From the NCBI RefSeq assembly GCF_035594765.1, contig NC_085842.1, forward strand, positions 49,948,782-50,012,781: a stretch of DNA of 64,000 nt. Reading direction: 5' to 3'. Positions 25,042 to 37,064 of this stretch are shown here, piece by piece; position 1 is the first letter of the stretch, and each line of letters opens with the position of its first letter. The stretch is from Anolis carolinensis. Lineage: Eukaryota. Position numbers and translations under genes: made by a program. Under the pieces are notes generated by a model, which saw only the letters and a program-made list of their open reading frames with translations, was not told the DNA's origin and made no database searches.

Positions 25042-25183
25042 CCCCCCTGCAGGTGCCACCTTGATGTGGTGGGGGGGCTTAGCTGCTCCAATGATGACTG
25101 AGGGCTGTGCTGCGGCAGGTCCAACCAAGCCAGAGAGGCCTCAGCTGAGGAGCACAACCAAGAGCACCTAACCCATTAGCATT

Positions 25184-27964
25184 ATGGAGAATCAAACCCA
25201 AACGAAGTCTATACTGGCTCGGTCGTCACCCAGGATAAAAAGGACCGCGGTGGATGCTGCTGATTCTGGACATCCATCGACAAGTGGGCTACGGAATCAT
25301 CAAAACCCAAATGAACAGTCACAGAAGCGGCAAAAATATACAATGCCAGAAAACCGCACAATTATGAAATGCTACTACAAATCTGAACCTAAAAGGCGTG
25401 GCTACCAAAAAAGGATGCATCAGCTATGGAAACAAGAGTACCCTGACTCACAGATAACAGAACCCCGACTGGCTGACCAACGAAGATTCATAATCAGAAA
25501 CAAAGTGTTCAGTGAAGTTGAACTCGAAGAAATCCAGAAAATTTGCAAAGTAGATTACCATCAGACCACAGCACAGACAGCAGCAGAGACTCCAGCAACA
25601 CTTGGAATGGTGGAACAGATTGAACCAGAAGAAAGTGTGGCGCTTTTGCAAGAATTTGAGGAACCAGCACTTGAAACATCTGTTGAACCACCAGGAACCT
25701 TGACAGCAAGACAACAAGAGCTCAAGGATAAGATCATGGCTCATGCTGCAGCAAATGCAATAAGAAAGCGGCTCCCAACTCTAAAAACAGTGCCCAAGAG
25801 ACACCTGGCGCCTCTCATGAAAGATGTGAATGCAGTACTCTCCACTGTCCAAATAACATCAATTGAACAAACAAACCAGTATGCCTACAGTGCAGCAGTG
25901 ATAGTAACAGAAGAGCTTGGGCTCCTACAACCAAGGCAGCCCCAAAGAAAATCGACTGGAAAACCAAAGTGGAAGGTCAGGCTAGAGTTGAAAATCAAGA
26001 AACTTAGATCAGATGCAAGTAACCTGAAAAATATGAAAGAGAGGAAACTGAAGAATGACAAAATCAAGCAATACCTGATCCGAAAGTACTGGCTGAACAC
26101 CAGAAAAATTGAAGAAGCTTTGGAAATTGTGAAAGAACAAATTACAGCAACAGCCAGAAAAATTGAAAGGTATGAAGCCAGAATCATCCAGTACAGACAA
26201 AATCAACTGTTTCAATCAGACCAAAGACGGTTCTACCAGAGTCTGAACCAAACAACAGACACAGTAACCATAAAGCCAGAGAAAACTGCAACAACAAAGT
26301 TCTGGAAAGAACTTTGGGAAAATAATAAAAACTACAACAAAAACGCTGGGTGGATAAAGGAGTTTGAAGGAAAATTCTCACAGAACAAAATGGAACTGAT
26401 GGAAATAACAACTGAAATGATCAGCAAACGAGTGCAAAAAGTCAAGAACTGGACATCGCCTGGTAGTGATCAACTTCATGGATTTTGGCTCAAACATCTG
26501 ATTAGTTTACATGGAAAAATGGCCCAACAATTCAATGAGATGCTACAGAAAGGAAGTATCAGTGAATGGCTAACAACTGGAAGAACATACCTGATACAAA
26601 AGGATCCAGCAAAAGGAGCAGCACCAGGAAACTACAGGCCAATAACGTGTCTGCCCACTATGTTTAAACTACTGACTGGCATCATAGCTGACAGAATTCA
26701 AGACTATCTTGAAGAAAAAAACATCTTGCCAGATGAACAGAAAGGCAACAAACGGAAAAGCAGGGGCACAAAAGACCAGTTATTGATTGACAAAATGATT
26801 CTGGAGAACTGTAAGAGCCGAAAAGCTAATCTTCACATGACGTGGATTGACTACAAAAAGGCCTTTGACTCACTCCCACACAGCTGGATCATCAAGTGCC
26901 TGGACGCCATCGGGATTTGTAAAACTGTTGGCACCTTCATTGAAAACATGATGGAGCACTGGAAAACTGAACTGTTTGTTGGAAATGAAAGCTATGGACT
27001 TGTCAACATCAGGAGAGGAATTTTCCAGGGAGATTCATTGTCCCCTCTGCTTTTCATTATCGCCATGATCCCTCTGTCAACAATCTTACAAAAAACAAAT
27101 CTCGGCTATCAAACATCTAAGAATTCTCACAAAATTTCACATTTGATGTACATGGATGACCTGAAGCTGTATGGGAAAACGGAAACTGAAATCCAGTCTC
27201 TGACCAACACTGTCCGAATTTTTAGCACTGATATCAACATGGAGTTTGGTTTGGACAAATGTTCGACAGTGGCATTGAAGAAGGGAAAAATCATTGAAAG
27301 TGAGGGCATAAATATGTCCAATGGCCAAACAATAAAGTGTCACCAGCCAGAGGCCTATAAATATCTGGGCATACTACAGCTGGACAACATCAAGCATGAA
27401 CATGTGAAGACTGTGGTCAGTAAAAAATACACACAAAGGGTCAGAAAAATTCTCAAAAGCAAGCTCAATGGAGGCAACACCATCAAGGCCATAAACACCT
27501 GGGCCATACCTGTCATGAGATATACTGCTGGCATCATAAACTGGACACAGATGGAACTGGACAACTTGGACAGAAAAACAAGAAAACTCATGACCATTCA
27601 TCATTCACTGCACCCTCGCAGTGATGTTGACCGGCTATATCTGCCTAGAAGATCAGGGGGCAGAGGACTCTTACAAGTAAAACAAGCAGTCAAAGAAGAA
27701 GAACATGCCCTGGCAGATTATGTAAAGCAAAGTGAAGAACCTGCTTTGATTGAAGTCAAAAATCAGAAACTCCTCAAAACACAACAGACAAAAAACCAGA
27801 CATCACAGTTGTGGAAAAGAAAAAGGTTTGGATCATTGATGTTGCCATCCCAGGTGACAGTCGCATTGACGAAAAACAACAGGAAAAACTCAGCCGCTAT
27901 CAGGACCTCAAGATTGAACTTCAAAGACTCTGGCAGAAACCAGTGCAGGTGGTCCCGGTGGTGA
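25184..27964 (+). CDS. R4/Dong RT polyprotein, open for ~870 aa, then frameshifted by an internal deletion
   Basis: NYRPITCL, WIDYKKAFDS, GIFQGDSLSPLLF, HLMYMDDLKLY, YKYLG; the frame changes at ~27797. Confidence 0.85.
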   Translation: MENQTQTKSILARSSPRIKRTAVDAADSGHPSTSGLRNHQNPNEQSQKRQKYTMPENRTIMKCYYKSEPKRRGYQKRMHQLWKQEYPDSQITEPRLADQRRFIIRNKVFSEVELEEIQKICKVDYHQTTAQTAAETPATLGMVEQIEPEESVALLQEFEEPALETSVEPPGTLTARQQELKDKIMAHAAANAIRKRLPTLKTVPKRHLAPLMKDVNAVLSTVQITSIEQTNQYAYSAAVIVTEELGLLQPRQPQRKSTGKPKWKVRLELKIKKLRSDASNLKNMKERKLKNDKIKQYLIRKYWLNTRKIEEALEIVKEQITATARKIERYEARIIQYRQNQLFQSDQRRFYQSLNQTTDTVTIKPEKTATTKFWKELWENNKNYNKNAGWIKEFEGKFSQNKMELMEITTEMISKRVQKVKNWTSPGSDQLHGFWLKHLISLHGKMAQQFNEMLQKGSISEWLTTGRTYLIQKDPAKGAAPGNYRPITCLPTMFKLLTGIIADRIQDYLEEKNILPDEQKGNKRKSRGTKDQLLIDKMILENCKSRKANLHMTWIDYKKAFDSLPHSWIIKCLDAIGICKTVGTFIENMMEHWKTELFVGNESYGLVNIRRGIFQGDSLSPLLFIIAMIPLSTILQKTNLGYQTSKNSHKISHLMYMDDLKLYGKTETEIQSLTNTVRIFSTDINMEFGLDKCSTVALKKGKIIESEGINMSNGQTIKCHQPEAYKYLGILQLDNIKHEHVKTVVSKKYTQRVRKILKSKLNGGNTIKAINTWAIPVMRYTAGIINWTQMELDNLDRKTRKLMTIHHSLHPRSDVDRLYLPRRSGGRGLLQVKQAVKEEEHALADYVKQSEEPALIEVKNQKLLKTQQTKNQTSQLWKRKRFGSLMLPSQVTVALTKNNRKNSAAIRTSRLNFKDSGRNQCRWSRW

Positions 27965-28107
27965 TCAGCACATTGGGTGCCGTGCCAAAAGATCTCAGCC
28001 GGCATTTGGAAACAATAGACATTGACAAAATTACGATCTGCCAACTGCAAAAGGCCACCCTGCTGGGATCTGCACGCATCATCCGAAAATACATCACACA
28101 GTCTTAG
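27797..28107 (+). pseudogene. Restriction-like endonuclease C-terminus of the R4 element (out of frame)
   Basis: PDITVVEKKKVWIIDVAIPGD...EKLSRYQDL. Confidence 0.85.
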
Positions 28108-28189
28108 ACACTTGGGAAGTGTTCGACTTGTGATTTTGTGATACAAAATCCAGCATATCTATCTTGTTTGCTGTGTCATAATAAAATAA

Positions 28190-28354
28190 CACTTTATTTA
28201 TATACCGCCCTATCTCCCGGATGGGACCCAGGGCGGTTTCCAATCATAAAAACAAAACAAACATTACATAGCAACATAATAACATATTATTAAGCAAAGT
28301 AAAATAATACAGTTATAGCAATAAATAACACTTACATGACCTGATCAAGGGGAC
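28190..28354 (-). mobile_element. L2-type 3' fragment whose (TTA)n tail was targeted by R4
   Basis: TTTATATACCGCCCTATCTCCCGGATGGGACCCAGGGCGG; GAGAA duplicated at 24997 and 28355. Confidence 0.65.
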
Positions 28355-29772
28355 GAGAACCACTGCTTTAACTTATACCATAATTTTGCTGTAGTTTTAA
28401 ACAACTGTGGCATTATACCATGACTAGTTGCAGGACTGAACATTTGGTCCTGGCAGCATTTCATGCCTCCTCACCACAATTCCAGCTTTGACAAATTTGA
28501 CTGGGATAACTCCACTGATATTAGTTACATTGACTAGTCATATACTATAACTTTAGTGTTAAGCTAACATTCAATCTTTTCAACATGAATGTACCCTAAA
28601 GCAAAGGAGATGCAACAATTCTATCATTCTTCAGGATTAAACTTAAAAACTGGATTGTGCTTCGGAGTTTTTGTCGGGTATTGTTCGAATTGACAAGCTT
28701 GCTTTCTACTTGCTCATGTGTGGAATTGCATCGTATGACTTATGAAAGCTGATATCGGCTTTTTTAATGATGTAAAAGCTGCATGGGTACACAAGCTAAT
28801 TGTTCAGGCATCAATCTCTGTGGTAACATTGCCTTCTGAATAAAGCATGTCATTTCTTCCTGCTACCATTTGTGCTTCAGAGTCTGTCTCAAGAGATCTT
28901 ATACCGGCAGTGAAAATCCTTAGGAGAAGAGGTGTCATTTCTGACAACTCATACAATTGTTGTGATGAAGACTTGAGAAGGATTGTTGCATACAAGAAGA
29001 ATTAGAGCAGAACAGCTGTACATTTAAATTGTGCATAAATTTATTTATTTACCATATTTATACCCCACCCTTTTCACCCCGAATGGGACTCAGAGTGGCT
29101 TACATATATATAGGCAACAATTCAATGCCTCACAAACATAGTATGTTGAAATATTATTAAAATATTGTCAGTATTTTCCCCAATTTGTTCTTTTGTCCTA
29201 GGTAGCCACTAGGCTTGAGCGATCCATGAAAAAATTGATTCTAAACTCGTTTCAAAAGCAGGGGGCGCCAGCGTTTCGTTTCTGATGTCATTTCCGAATT
29301 TTGCCCCCCAAAAAATTCGAAATTAACGAAAATTCGTTATTTTCTAAATTAATTCGTTAATGGCGGACGCGCATGCGCAATTCCCAAAAACAGCACAGAG
29401 GGAGAGGAATTTACAGGACTCTCCCACCCTCATTTTTTGAGTGATCTTCTTCAAACTTGGTACAGTGGTAGAACACATTTAACACTGATAGCTCACCAAA
29501 ATTTGGAACGTTTCCCTTATCCTCTGATTTTTGGCGAATTTTCATAGCTTTTATAATAAACCATTTTTTAATAATTGCAGAAATCTGTTCCTGGTTTGAA
29601 AGTCTTATTTCCTGTTAAATTGGGTTGTCTTTACTGTGAAAGTCATTGTTCTACTTCAGAAACTTTGTTTTTGTGGCTGAAACTTTGTTAAATTGGTGTG
29701 TGTGTGATATATACTGTGTATATATATATAGTCCCTGCATATGTGTGTGTGTGTTTGTGTGTGTGTGTATAT

Positions 29773-30102
29773 AGGTAAAGGTAAAGGTATCCCTTGACGT
29801 TAAGTTCAGTCATGTCTGACTCTGGGGGTTGGTGCTCATCTCCATTTCTAAGCCCAAGAGCCAGTGTTGTCCATAGACACCTCCAAGGTCATGTGGCCGG
29901 CATGACTACATGGAGTGCCATTACCTTCCCGCCAGAGCGGTACCTATTGATCTACTCACATTGGCATGTTTTCAAGCTGCTAGGTTGGCAGAAGCTGGAG
30001 CTAACAGCGGGCACTCACTCTGCTCCCGGGATTTGAACCTGGGACCTTTCGGTCTGCAAGTTCAGCAGCTCAGTGCTTTAACACACTTCGCCATCGGGGC
30101 TC
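29773..30102 (-). mobile_element. Sauria SINE
   Basis: (ACCTTT)n tail and tRNA-like head; near-identical to 53894-54221. Confidence 0.9.
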
Positions 30103-30208
30103 ATGTATATATAATATACATACACATACACACAATGTGGAGAATATGTGGAAAGGTAGATAGATAAGTTGGGAGCCACAGCGAAGGCACCTTCCTGGGA
30201 GCAAGGTC

Positions 30209-30267
<59 letters not shown>

Positions 30268-30419
30268 CCCTTACAATATCCAAGATGGCTCACTGCTACA
30301 GAATCTTGGGAGGTTTAGTTTGGTATGGTACCATTATTGGCAGAGAAAGCCAAGCTGTAGGAGTTGAAATCCAATCATTTATCCTCCCTATAGAATCAAT
30401 TTTATATGCATTTTTAGCT

Positions 30420-30817
30420 ACAGAAAAGCTAAAATCAGGACAGTAAAAGGACAACACCCAGAAAATGGGAATTCCAGACAGGAAACAATCAGGGCCAGCT
30501 AATACCTCCCAACAAAGGATTCCCCCAGGTAGGAAGCAGCCAGGCTTTGAAGCTGCAAGGCTATTCAATGCTAATCAAGGTGACCAATTGCAACATTCAC
30601 ACTTTCCTCCCACAGACAAGAGTTCTTTCTCCCACCCTGGACCTTCCACAGATATATAAACCCCACTTGCCTAGCTTCGCACAGACGTCAAAACCTCTGA
30701 GTATGTCTGCCACAGATGTGGGTGAAACGTCAGGAGAGAATGCTTCTGTCACATGGCCATAGAGCCATACATACCACAACAGTGTGATCCCGGCCATGAA
30801 AGCTTTTGACAACACAA
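30420..30817 (+). mobile_element. Penelope-like element 3'/pLTR fragment
   Basis: Homologous to the reverse complement of 40035-40350; contains a hammerhead-like motif. Confidence 0.8.
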
Positions 30818-30879
30818 CCACAGTATACTATCCATTCAAGTTCATGTAGCGTGGTATGGAGACCTGTATTGGGGGGAGG

Positions 30880-31200
30880 GAGGGTGCGAATCTGGGCCCC
30901 TGGGAGTCATAGTCCTCCCTCCCTCCCCGGGAGCAGCCGAGGACGGGCCTGGCCCACACCCCCTCGCATCCCGGGCCTCTTCCTCCTCACCGCCGGGCCC
31001 CTCTCTGTCTCTCTCGGTCTCTCCATTCCCGGCTCCATCCGCCGCCTTCCCGCCTCACAGAGAGACACCAGGCCTGAGCTGAGGCGAGGCGGCGGCGGCC
31101 ATTTCCCCCTCCGTCTTCCTCCTCCTCCTCGGCCTCCTGCCCCCTCGCCCCCTCGCATTGGCTGAGCCCGTGACGCCCCTTTTGCTGAGGGGCAAAAGGA
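30880..31200 (-). promoter_or_regulatory. CpG-island-like promoter/first-exon segment inside the hAT element
   Basis: Minus strand: CGTCA (31175-31171), AGCCAAT (~31163-31157), GC boxes, AAATGGCCGCC (~31104-31094), donor-like GCG|GTGAGG at 30991/30990. Confidence 0.55.
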
Positions 31201-31720
31201 AAGGGCCTGAATGGTGGGAGTTTGGGTGATTTGCAAAAGCTTTTTTTTCTAACGAAAAAAACGACGAAATAAGAAAAAACGGCCTCTCGCGATTCGAAAC
31301 TGCGATATCCAGATGTGTGGACAATCAAGGCCGTATATTGCTTCAAAACTAACAAAAATAACGAATTAATAACGGGTAACGGGGAAATCGAATTATTTGA
31401 GCAAGCCTAGTAGCCACCAGTGGCACATAGATCTTCAGACCCTTTGGCATCAGAGATTCCTATACTGGGAGAAAGGTGGGATAAAAATAAAGTAAGTAAA
31501 TAAATAAATAAGAGACCTATTGTACAGTACCAGAACTACAGGGTTGGGAAAAACATCAAGGATCATTTAATAAATCCCTTAGTAATATCAGATGTCTAAA
31601 ACACTGCTGGAAAAATAATCACCCAACAAGTGAAAATGAGTTCACCTTCCAAGGCAATTTAATCCACTGTTAAACAGTTCTTACTGTCAGGAAGTTTTTC
31701 ATTATATTGGTGAGATCACA

Positions 31721-31869
31721 GGCTGGATCTACACTGCCATATAATCCAGATTATCAAAGCAGATAACTCACATTATCTGCTTTGGACTGGAATATATGAG
31801 TCTACACTGCTGTATAATCCAGTTCAAAGCAGATAATATGGATTTTATAAGTCAGTGTAGTGGAGGCCT
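31721..31869. repeat. Palindromic MITE (second copy at ~34790-34935)
   Basis: TCTACACTGCCATATAATCCAG...AAAGCAGATAA internal repeats with inverted ends. Confidence 0.7.
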
Positions 31870-34800
31870 CAATTCTTGAAATTTAAATTTCAATCTATTG
31901 CCCAGCTCCTATACTCTGGAGGAGAAGAAACCAAGGTGAATAATCTTTTCAGTGACAGCTCTTCAAATATTCAAAGATGACTTTTCTCAGGATGTATTTA
32001 AACTTACCAATATTGGATGAAAGCAACAGAGGAAGAAGCATTTTGAACATGGAGTTGATCACACATCAAGTTCAGAGAGTGGCTCAAGGCCTGCATGGTG
32101 CTTATACACACTGGAGAGATTGACTCTGGCCCAATTGCAGGATCTATAGGATCCATGGCTTCACAGACCCTATTTTGAAGTATCCCCTATTTTGGAGTTT
32201 GCTTATCACAGTTTACGCCCCCTAATTACGTATCTGTGTGCATTTGCACCATATCATTTAAACACAGTCTTTTTGAGTTGCCTTCAATCCACTTTAAATG
32301 GTCATTGTAGATGTGACCTAGTCATTTCTTCTCCATTCTCTCCTAGGACATTTTTCAATAACCTTCACAATTTTTTCACCATACTCTGGGCATTTCTCAT
32401 GATCCAGCTTATTTCATCTGTTGGGATTTGCCCATGCCCTTCTATAATACACCTATAAATTCTTTTTATTGGTTGTACCTGGTAATACTTTGCTTTCCTA
32501 CAGTCCACTGCACACATTTCCCATTTCTTAGATGGGATATATGTTTGAGAGATGCAGTGAGAATAAATGCTTCAAGGTCAAGTTTGCCCCTTCTTTTCCT
32601 TCTTTGGTACTATCATATTTATTTAATCTCACATTTTTATTAGTTCAAGACTCATGGAAACTTCCAACAGTTAAAAAAAAAAAAGCATAGGGCACATCTA
32701 TACTGATCACTTAAGTTAGTTTCAAACTGGTATTGAAAAAAACAATTCACTGTGCAGATAATTAGATAGGAAATCCTGGAATCAGTTTGAAGCCCAGATG
32801 GTGATCACACAAACTACAGAGGACTGGTTCATATTTTGTGCACATTTGTGGACATTCGTTACATTCGGACATAGTTAAACTACATTAGCATCATACAAAA
32901 TTTAAAAAGCAGTTTAATCAACCATAAAATTAAAACCAGTTAAAATATAATAAAAGAACAAATATGAAATTCTTATTCTTTGGATTGAGTGACTGAAAAT
33001 CAGCAGTAAAACCTATGTTATAAGGTATGTGGCCCTAACAACAAATGAAGTTTAAAGTGATTGGATATGGACCAGTCCTCTCTATGTTCAGCCCTCTCCT
33101 GTTAGGGATGCACTCGGCAACAGGTAGTTATGACAAGTTCCTTATCTGCATTCCCTAGTACCAGAAGAGGGCTCAGCACATTATCACTACCCTTTCCACT
33201 CTCCAAAGCCTTGGAATAGCCTTTGGCCACTTAATTTCAATTCCTCTGTTGAGTAGACTGCAAAACTGAAAATGTAGCTGTTTGGGTGGAAGAAACCTTT
33301 CCCAAGGCAGGAATTTTGCCTTCATTTTTTCATAAACACGTTTTGTTTGGTGGGGCACAGCCACTATCTGTCAGAGAAGTCTAAAGATCTTGCAAGATTA
33401 CAACTCCCACAATTCCATAGCATTCAGCTATGATACTTAAGTTGTGTCAGGCTGCAGTGTAGATGTAGCCTAAGTCTGACTCTCCATCCATAACCTTCAA
33501 ATCTCCTAAAACTTGCATAGGACAGGGAGAAAGAGACAGTATTCGCTGGTGCTCTTCCAAGTGATGCATTATTTACAAAGGGAATATTGAAGAAGACACT
33601 GGTACACCGTATATTCTCATGTATAAATTGCCCTAAAGTAAACTTTGAGGGCAGGGTTGGAGTTTGATAAGACCTACAGATAAGTTATTCTGTGGAGAAG
33701 GGAAAGCATCAATGGTCCCTCTGTGGGTCAGCTGCCCCTGGCTGCCATTGCCATTCCTCTCCCTAGGCATTCAAAAAGGTCAAAAGTGTCACCTCGTCAG
33801 TGAAAGTAGAAGAGGTCAGTGTTTCTTTTAGATTCTCCTAGGATGGACTAAGCTCTTGCCTTTTGCCACTCTACTCAGAGAAAGAGATGTTTTTTTAAAA
33901 AATAAATATTAAGGTACATTAGTCACATTGATCAGTTGATAAGTCAGCACAGGTATTGTGGGTTGATTTTTTTAATCAAAATTTCTAGATGTTTACATAG
34001 AATACAGAACATTCTGAAGTATACACACTTAAAGAGTGGAAATTGATACAGTTATATAGGATGCATTCAAAAGTAAGGAGACAAGACAGCTGCTTCTTGA
34101 AAGGTGATCCATCAGCCTCCTGTTTAGAACATCCCAGCACAGATTGTAATGCAGATGACTTTCCCCCACCACAATGCCTTTTCTACCAGGTCAAGGGCAC
34201 AATCTACTGAGCATTGCCCTTAGGGAAACCTACTGAAGTGAATGAAATTTGTGTGACAATAGTGTTATCTGTTTGTTCCACTAGTTTTCTAAGCATTCTT
34301 TGTGATAATGATCCCACTCATTAACTTTGAACATGTTTGTTCTTTAAAAAAAAAAACACATACACACAATGAGTGGCCCTCCTTGTTTTTCCTATCAATT
34401 AAAATAGCTACAAGCTATTTTTTTTGTTTGGGATGCACCTTTTTTAAACTTTCAAATCAAATTATGGCCTAGTGAATTGCTTGTGGTCGCTGAACAGTTC
34501 AATGAGCAGGAGAGGCAATATTGTTGCACAGAGGGCTGCTGTTTAGATGTGAAGGCCTGACAAGTGTCTTGTGCAATGTAACATCTTCACTTGCCATTGC
34601 AGTCTATATAAAAGCAGCTGAAAAAGAGACTATACCACACTCTTAGGTGGCCTTTTAAGAGTGTTCACACAAGAGAAACATAGACTAGGAATGTGAACAA
34701 AAAATGTCTCAGAATTTCAATTTCGTATATAATTCAGCCATCTCAGCGTATCACGTAGAAGACATGAAAAAGCGACATTGTGTTTCTCAGGCCCCTTCTA

Positions 34801-35679
34801 CATTGCCCTATAACCCTGATTATTAAAACAGATAATCCACATTATCTGCTTTGAGTTGGATTATATGAGTCTACATTGCCATATAATCCAGTTCAAAGCA
34901 GATAATGTGGATTTTATGTGGCAGTATAGAAGCATCCTTAGTCTTTCAGATCTGTTCTTTACAGCAGTTTTTCTCAATCTATGAAATGTTTCAAACTGGC
35001 AATACTATCCTATTCCAATATATCAGGGCCCAGTACTATACATGTACCTATTGCTTACAAATGTTTCTTAGATCAGGGACTGGTAGCAGGCCATAGACCA
35101 CTAGCTTAAGTAGCACTGTTTTAGAGTGCTTACCTTGTTTTTCCTGCATCTATTTCCCAGCATGTCTATTTCTTCACTATATGTGCATGCGTCATTTGCA
35201 CCACTTTGCTTCCAATTCTACCTCTCTGGTTATATTATAAGAATTGAGCAATTTAATTTACCTGGAAGGTAAATTAAAGACAATACAAGGATAATTCCAA
35301 ACATAATTGAACATGTTCAAAATGCAAAATGTAAAAGAGTGCATTTTTACTATTGGATGCTAAAAGGCCTGTAATAAACTAAATTAGAATTTAGTTATAG
35401 AAATACTAAAGAATTCAAGATATGGCAAAAAATTATCATGGTGTTATCGAGCAATTTAAAATGCCAATGGATAGTGAGTCCAGGCCACTGTAGGTTAAGC
35501 CTGGTGAGAAAAGGAAGCCAATATTCCAGAATAAATCTCACTAAGTTGAAGCAGAAGCCACTGAGGTATTTATTTAATTTCAGATGAAAGTGATGGCAAC
35601 CTGTGGTAATCCACCAAAAATAAGCTGAGATGCATTTCACAGAAAAACTGGCATTTTTATACAGTAAAGATTCAAACTT

Positions 35680-35790
35680 CCCACCGCCCCCAGTCGGACC
35701 TGGCACGGCTGCGATTGGCCAGTCTCCGGTGATGTCACGCGAGGCTCACAGTGAAGGCGGGAGCTCAGCGCCCCCCAGCCAATGGGAGAG
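35680..35790. promoter_or_regulatory. Promoter-like motif cluster
   Basis: CCGCCC, GATTGG, TGATGTCA, GGCGGG and AGCCAATGG within ~110 bp of locally CpG-rich DNA. Confidence 0.45.
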
Positions 35791-37064
35791 CATTGCATGC
35801 CTTGGATGCAGATGAGCCTCTATCTAATTGCTGTACAGGGGCCAACTTTCCACTGAACAAAGAGTGCTGAATTACAGTTATGATGGGATTAAATGTCTGT
35901 TTCCTGAGAAAACAAAGGGTCTGGATGCTTTCTGAGGAGCCCTCTATTGCGAGGAAGATGGTCCTCAATGCAATCTGGTGCCCAGGGACCCTTGAGTCCA
36001 GTAGTCCATTTTGTATCTTTATTGTTTATGGGGCTGGGAAAAGGGAAGTGGAAAAATGTCCTTTTAGGAACTATGGGGCAAAGGAATCTCCCCTATTGGT
36101 GACACCCATGCTAGATGGTTAGTGTCCTTCTGTGTGTCCAAGCAGCGATGATGAAACAAAGGTCGGGACTGTGCTGAGTCAGCAAGTTTCTGCAACAACT
36201 TGCCTGAGGCTATGGGTTCCATTGAGTACAATTTGCATTCCAATGTAGATGAAGCCTGGTGAGGAGTTGGCTGACCTTCCCAGGGCAGAAAAATGTGCTA
36301 AAGGTCATCACTGGCGTGAGGACCCTGGTGGCTTCTCCAATATTTTATATGAGACACAATAAAGAGGGATTAAACAAATAAAACACAAGTGGAACCCCCA
36401 AAGCCCTGCTTCTGAAGGGATGCCCAATAGTTGGGGGCCTACAGTCTTTGGGGTAGGCTTATATACACACCAAGCCCAAGGGGATACAGAAGGCTTCCAC
36501 TCCCCTTGTGTTACCCATAGGAGAGAAAATGTCAGCTTCTGCTGGTGGTTTCTAGCAATTAACCAGTACTCACACTCCAGGTGGATGTAGCCAGCTTTAT
36601 TGCCACTACACACATAATAAAAAAAAACTACTAATTTCCTCATATATCTTTAGTCCCTTTTATAGTGTTCTTCCCTCCTTCCCTTCCAACCCCTTCCCCA
36701 GCCTTCTCCAACTCCTGTGAACAATTTATCCTGATTATTGCTTCCTCACAGGACTGCTTTCCTCCTTTAAATTCATTTGTTAATGCTGACCTTGCTTCAG
36801 ATATGTTGGCAGGGGCAGGAGTCAAATGCTTGTTCTTCCAAGCTTTGAATCATGTCCTGACAGGAAATATGAAATTATAGAAGAGCATAGTGGGACATCC
36901 ATATGAGGGTCCCAGGAAGGCAAGGAAATCTATATGAATTCCAGAATGTGTGTTATAAATATAAGATATTAAGCCTTGATTAAATGTACACACACACTAT
37001 CTAACATGGGGAGGGGTCTCAGTGTACTCAAGATTCTGTGTCCTTGGGAAACCGTAGACTAGAT

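Larger units (their letters stand above)
25042..28189 (+). mobile_element. R4-clade (Dong/Rex6-like) RLE non-LTR retrotransposon inserted in (TAA)n
   Basis: Preceded by (AAT)n, ends CTGTGTCA-TAATAAAATAA; single long ORF with RT and a C-terminal PD..D endonuclease. Confidence 0.92.
24873..28365. mobile_element. hAT MITE split by nested retroelements
   Basis: TIRs CGGTGGTTCTC / GAGAACCACTG; perfect 8-bp TSD CTTTAACT (24865-24872, 28366-28373); uninterrupted sister copies at 37065 and 61071. Confidence 0.9.
29210..31409. mobile_element. Composite non-autonomous hAT transposon
   Basis: TIRs TAGGCTTG / CAAGCCTA; perfect 8-bp TSD GTAGCCAC (29202-29209, 31410-31417); CpG-rich subterminal AACGAA/TTCG repeats. 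Confidence 0.9.

Noticed and set aside
30806-31355. ORFs across the GC-rich block treated as a resident host gene
   Set aside because: The block lies inside hAT TIRs and TSD and the ORFs are low-complexity; reported as captured sequence instead
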